DNA of 64,000 nt, from NCBI GenBank assembly GCA_043821645.1, contig JBDRCO010000118.1, positions 64,001 to 128,000 on the forward strand, in the 5' to 3' direction. The DNA is from Pseudomonadota bacterium (GTDB lineage: Bacteria > Myxococcota > JACRCW01 > JAFGSX01). Under the pieces are notes generated by a model that did no database searches, was not told where the DNA came from, and was given only the letters and a program-made list of their open reading frames with translations. The translations under genes and the position numbers were made by a program. How positions within the stretch are numbered: the stretch's first letter is position 1; each line of letters begins with the position of its first letter. This document shows, one piece after another, positions 61,868-64,000 of the stretch.

Positions 61868-62683
61868 TCAGCCGCGGCTGTCGGGTGGCGGAGCCTGTTG
61901 CATCTCTCGCTGCCGCGCCAGCTCGTACAGCAGCACGCAGGCCGCATCCGCAGCGTTGAGCATGATCCCCTGCGCATGCATCGGGATGGCCACCAGGTGA
62001 TCGCAGGCGCGCCGCACCAGCTGCCGCACTCCTCGATCCTCCCCTCCCACCACGATGGCGACGGGCCCGCACAGATCGACCTCCCAGGGACGCAGGCTGG
62101 CATCGGCCTCGGCACCCACGATCCACAGCCCCAGCTTCTTGAGCTCCTCGAGCGCGCGCACGATGTTGGTGACCTGGGCCACCGGGAGCTGCACCAGCGC
62201 ACCGGCCGCCACGTGCTCCGCGGCCGGGGTGACCTGGGCTGCGCGGTCGCGCGGGATCACCAGGCCCGTGGCTCCCAGGGTCAGGGCGGCACGCGCCGAA
62301 GCCCCCAGGTTGCGGGGATCCTCGACACCATCGAGCACCAGCACCGCTGACGGAGGATCTTCGACCACCAGCTCGTCGAGATGGCAGTAGGAAAATGCCC
62401 GCACCCGGGCCACCACGCCCTGGTGACGACCGCCCTGGGCCAGTCTATCCAGCACCTCGCGAGAGCTCAGGTGGTAGCGGAAGCCCTGCCGGCCGAGCTC
62501 CAGGATCCACTGTGCCAGGTTGCCGGCAGCGCGCCTGTCGTCGATCAGCAGCTCGCGGATACGCAGTGGCTGATGTGTGATCAGAGCCTGCACCGCATGC
62601 AGGCCATACACCACGTTCTCGTCCGAGCGGGTCCGCGCATCCAGATCCGCGCGTTCCTCGGCGCGAGGCAGAGTTGTCCCCAC
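61868..62683 (-). CDS. rlmB: 23S rRNA (guanosine-2251-2'-O)-methyltransferase, TrmH/SPOUT family
   Basis: VYGLHAV, HQGVVA, LDGVEDPRNLGA, GGEDRG, IPM...LN. Start codon uncertain. Confidence 0.85.
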   Translation of the reverse strand: MGTTLPRAEERADLDARTRSDENVVYGLHAVQALITHQPLRIRELLIDDRRAAGNLAQWILELGRQGFRYHLSSREVLDRLAQGGRHQGVVARVRAFSYCHLDELVVEDPPSAVLVLDGVEDPRNLGASARAALTLGATGLVIPRDRAAQVTPAAEHVAAGALVQLPVAQVTNIVRALEELKKLGLWIVGAEADASLRPWEVDLCGPVAIVVGGEDRGVRQLVRRACDHLVAIPMHAQGIMLNAADAACVLLYELARQREMQQAPPPDSRG

Positions 62684-62735
62684 GCCGCCGGCAGCGGAGA
62701 AGGTGCGCTCTGCGCCGCCACGATGGCGCGGTGGT

Positions 62736-63452
62736 CTACGCGGCGACGTGGGCGATCTCCTCGACGATGCTGCGGGCCAGGGCCTGCGGATCGGAGGCCC
62801 GACGCAGGGGCGCGCCAACGATGACATGGCTGGCGCCCGCCCGGATCGCCTCGGCCGCCTCGATGCCGTGAGCGTCGTGGGTGTCGCCAGGCGCGCGAAT
62901 GCCTGGACACAGGATCAGCGCGTCGGGACCTGCCAGCTCCCGCACCTCCGCGGCCCAACGAGGCGACACCATGACGCCATCGACTCCGGCATCGAGCGCC
63001 AGCCTCGCCAGGCGCAGGCTCAGGGCCCGCGGGTCCTCGCCAAAGCCGACCTGTTCGAGGGCCTCTCGGGCGACGTGGCTGAACACCGTGGTGGCGATGA
63101 TGCGCGGCGGAGGTACCCCGGGAATGATGGTCATCTCGGACAGCGAGCGCATCGAGGCCTTGAGCATGTCGCTGCCGCCCAGGGCCTGCACCGTCACCAT
63201 GGCCGTGCCCTTGCGCGCCGCCGCGCGCACCGCGGACTCCACGCGGTCCGGCAGGTCGTGGTACTTGAGGTCTAGCACCACCGCGTGTCCCTCGCGGCGC
63301 AGCCTGTCGACGATGGAAAAGCCCGAGCCCACGATGAGCGGCAGTCCCACCTTGAACAGACCGACCCACTCGCGCAGGCGTCCGGCGAGCTCGAGTGCCA
63401 GGTCCCCGTCGGTGAAGTCGAGCGCCGCGATCACGCGGTCCTTGGCCTGCAT
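62736..63452 (-). CDS. pyrF: Orotidine-5'-phosphate decarboxylase family protein (divergent)
   Basis: IAALD, FKVG, LDLKYHDLP, PGIR; some substrate-binding residues differ from consensus (see findings). Confidence 0.8.
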   Translation of the reverse strand: MQAKDRVIAALDFTDGDLALELAGRLREWVGLFKVGLPLIVGSGFSIVDRLRREGHAVVLDLKYHDLPDRVESAVRAAARKGTAMVTVQALGGSDMLKASMRSLSEMTIIPGVPPPRIIATTVFSHVAREALEQVGFGEDPRALSLRLARLALDAGVDGVMVSPRWAAEVRELAGPDALILCPGIRAPGDTHDAHGIEAAEAIRAGASHVIVGAPLRRASDPQALARSIVEEIAHVAA

Positions 63453-63545
63453 CCCACACCTCGTCCTTGGCTCCGTCGTGGCGAGAGCCTAGCGTCAATC
63501 GATCACGAGGTCACGCGCCGCTGGTCGGGCCGACAGCGCTCGAGA

Positions 63546-64000
63546 TCAGGTCGTGAACATGCTGGCCCGTTCCGTGGGCGCCACCGCCGCGGCATCGACG
63601 GTCTCGACGATGGAGTACCGAAACTGTCCACCCTGTTGCTCGGTGAGATCGCGGATCAGGGTGCGCTCCATGGGTGCGCCATCGGCCGCGCGCAGGATGC
63701 GCACGAAGGGCCGGTCAAAGCGCGCTGGATCGTCCGTGGTGTGGTAGACGATGCCCACCTCGCCACTGCTCAGGCGCACCACGGTGCCAATGGGGTAGAG
63801 CCCCAGGATGTTGATGAAGACTCGCACCAGCACCGGATCAAACTTGGAGCCCGCGCCCTCGTTGAGGATCTTCAGTGCCTCGTCGGGGCTGTAGGCCTCG
63901 CGCCAGGGGCGGTTGGTGGTCAGAGCATCGTACACGTCGCAGATGGCGACGATGCGCGAGAACAGGTGCAGCGGCCGCTTGACCGGAAGCTTGGGGTAGC
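63546..64000 (-). CDS. HD-GYP domain phosphodiesterase, C-terminal part (runs off the window end)
   Basis: Translated by hand from the window edge: YPKLP...SRIVAICDVYDALTTNRPWR...KFDP...GLYPIGTVV.LSSGE. Confidence 0.9.
   Translation of the reverse strand, partial: YPKLPVKRPLHLFSRIVAICDVYDALTTNRPWREAYSPDEALKILNEGAGSKFDPVLVRVFINILGLYPIGTVVRLSSGEVGIVYHTTDDPARFDRPFVRILRAADGAPMERTLIRDLTEQQGGQFRYSIVETVDAAAVAPTERASMFTT

Noticed and set aside
61930-61990. RlmB motif 3 reads IMLNAADA instead of the usual SLNVSVA
   Set aside because: The other SPOUT motifs are intact; one divergent motif is not enough to claim changed function without an alignment.

Overview
GC-rich bacterial DNA with a myxobacterial (Myxococcota-like) gene repertoire: many Cys-rich lipoproteins, a MYXO-CTERM-type anchor, a membrane Ser/Thr kinase and a stand-alone MshEN protein. 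From left to right the window holds: (1) a signal-peptide-bearing SpvB/TcB-Rhs fusion toxin followed by two lipoproteins; (2) a WtpABC-type tungstate/molybdate ABC transporter; (3) surface and outer-membrane proteins, a hybrid histidine kinase, a Ser/Thr kinase pair and a Tat-exported DUF362 protein; (4) moeA, a Moco riboswitch, moaA and moaC; (5) a ~3,900-aa Ig/cadherin-repeat adhesin whose C-terminal anchor is out of frame at a G6 run; (6) a four-gene cluster at 49.4-54.2 kb in which two signal-peptide-less proteins share an EF-hand-like N-terminal domain but carry different enzymes (caspase-like protease vs MepA-like murein endopeptidase), with a lipoprotein and an L,D-transpeptidase-family lipoprotein between them; (7) O-antigen-ligase-like, PPIase, MshEN, PilZ, rlmB, a divergent pyrF and HD-GYP genes. 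The cluster in (6) is the best candidate for an undescribed secreted-effector system. A structured-RNA candidate lies at 61684-61812. No rRNA, tRNA, CRISPR array or transposase was seen. All calls come from reading motifs by eye; no database searches were run.
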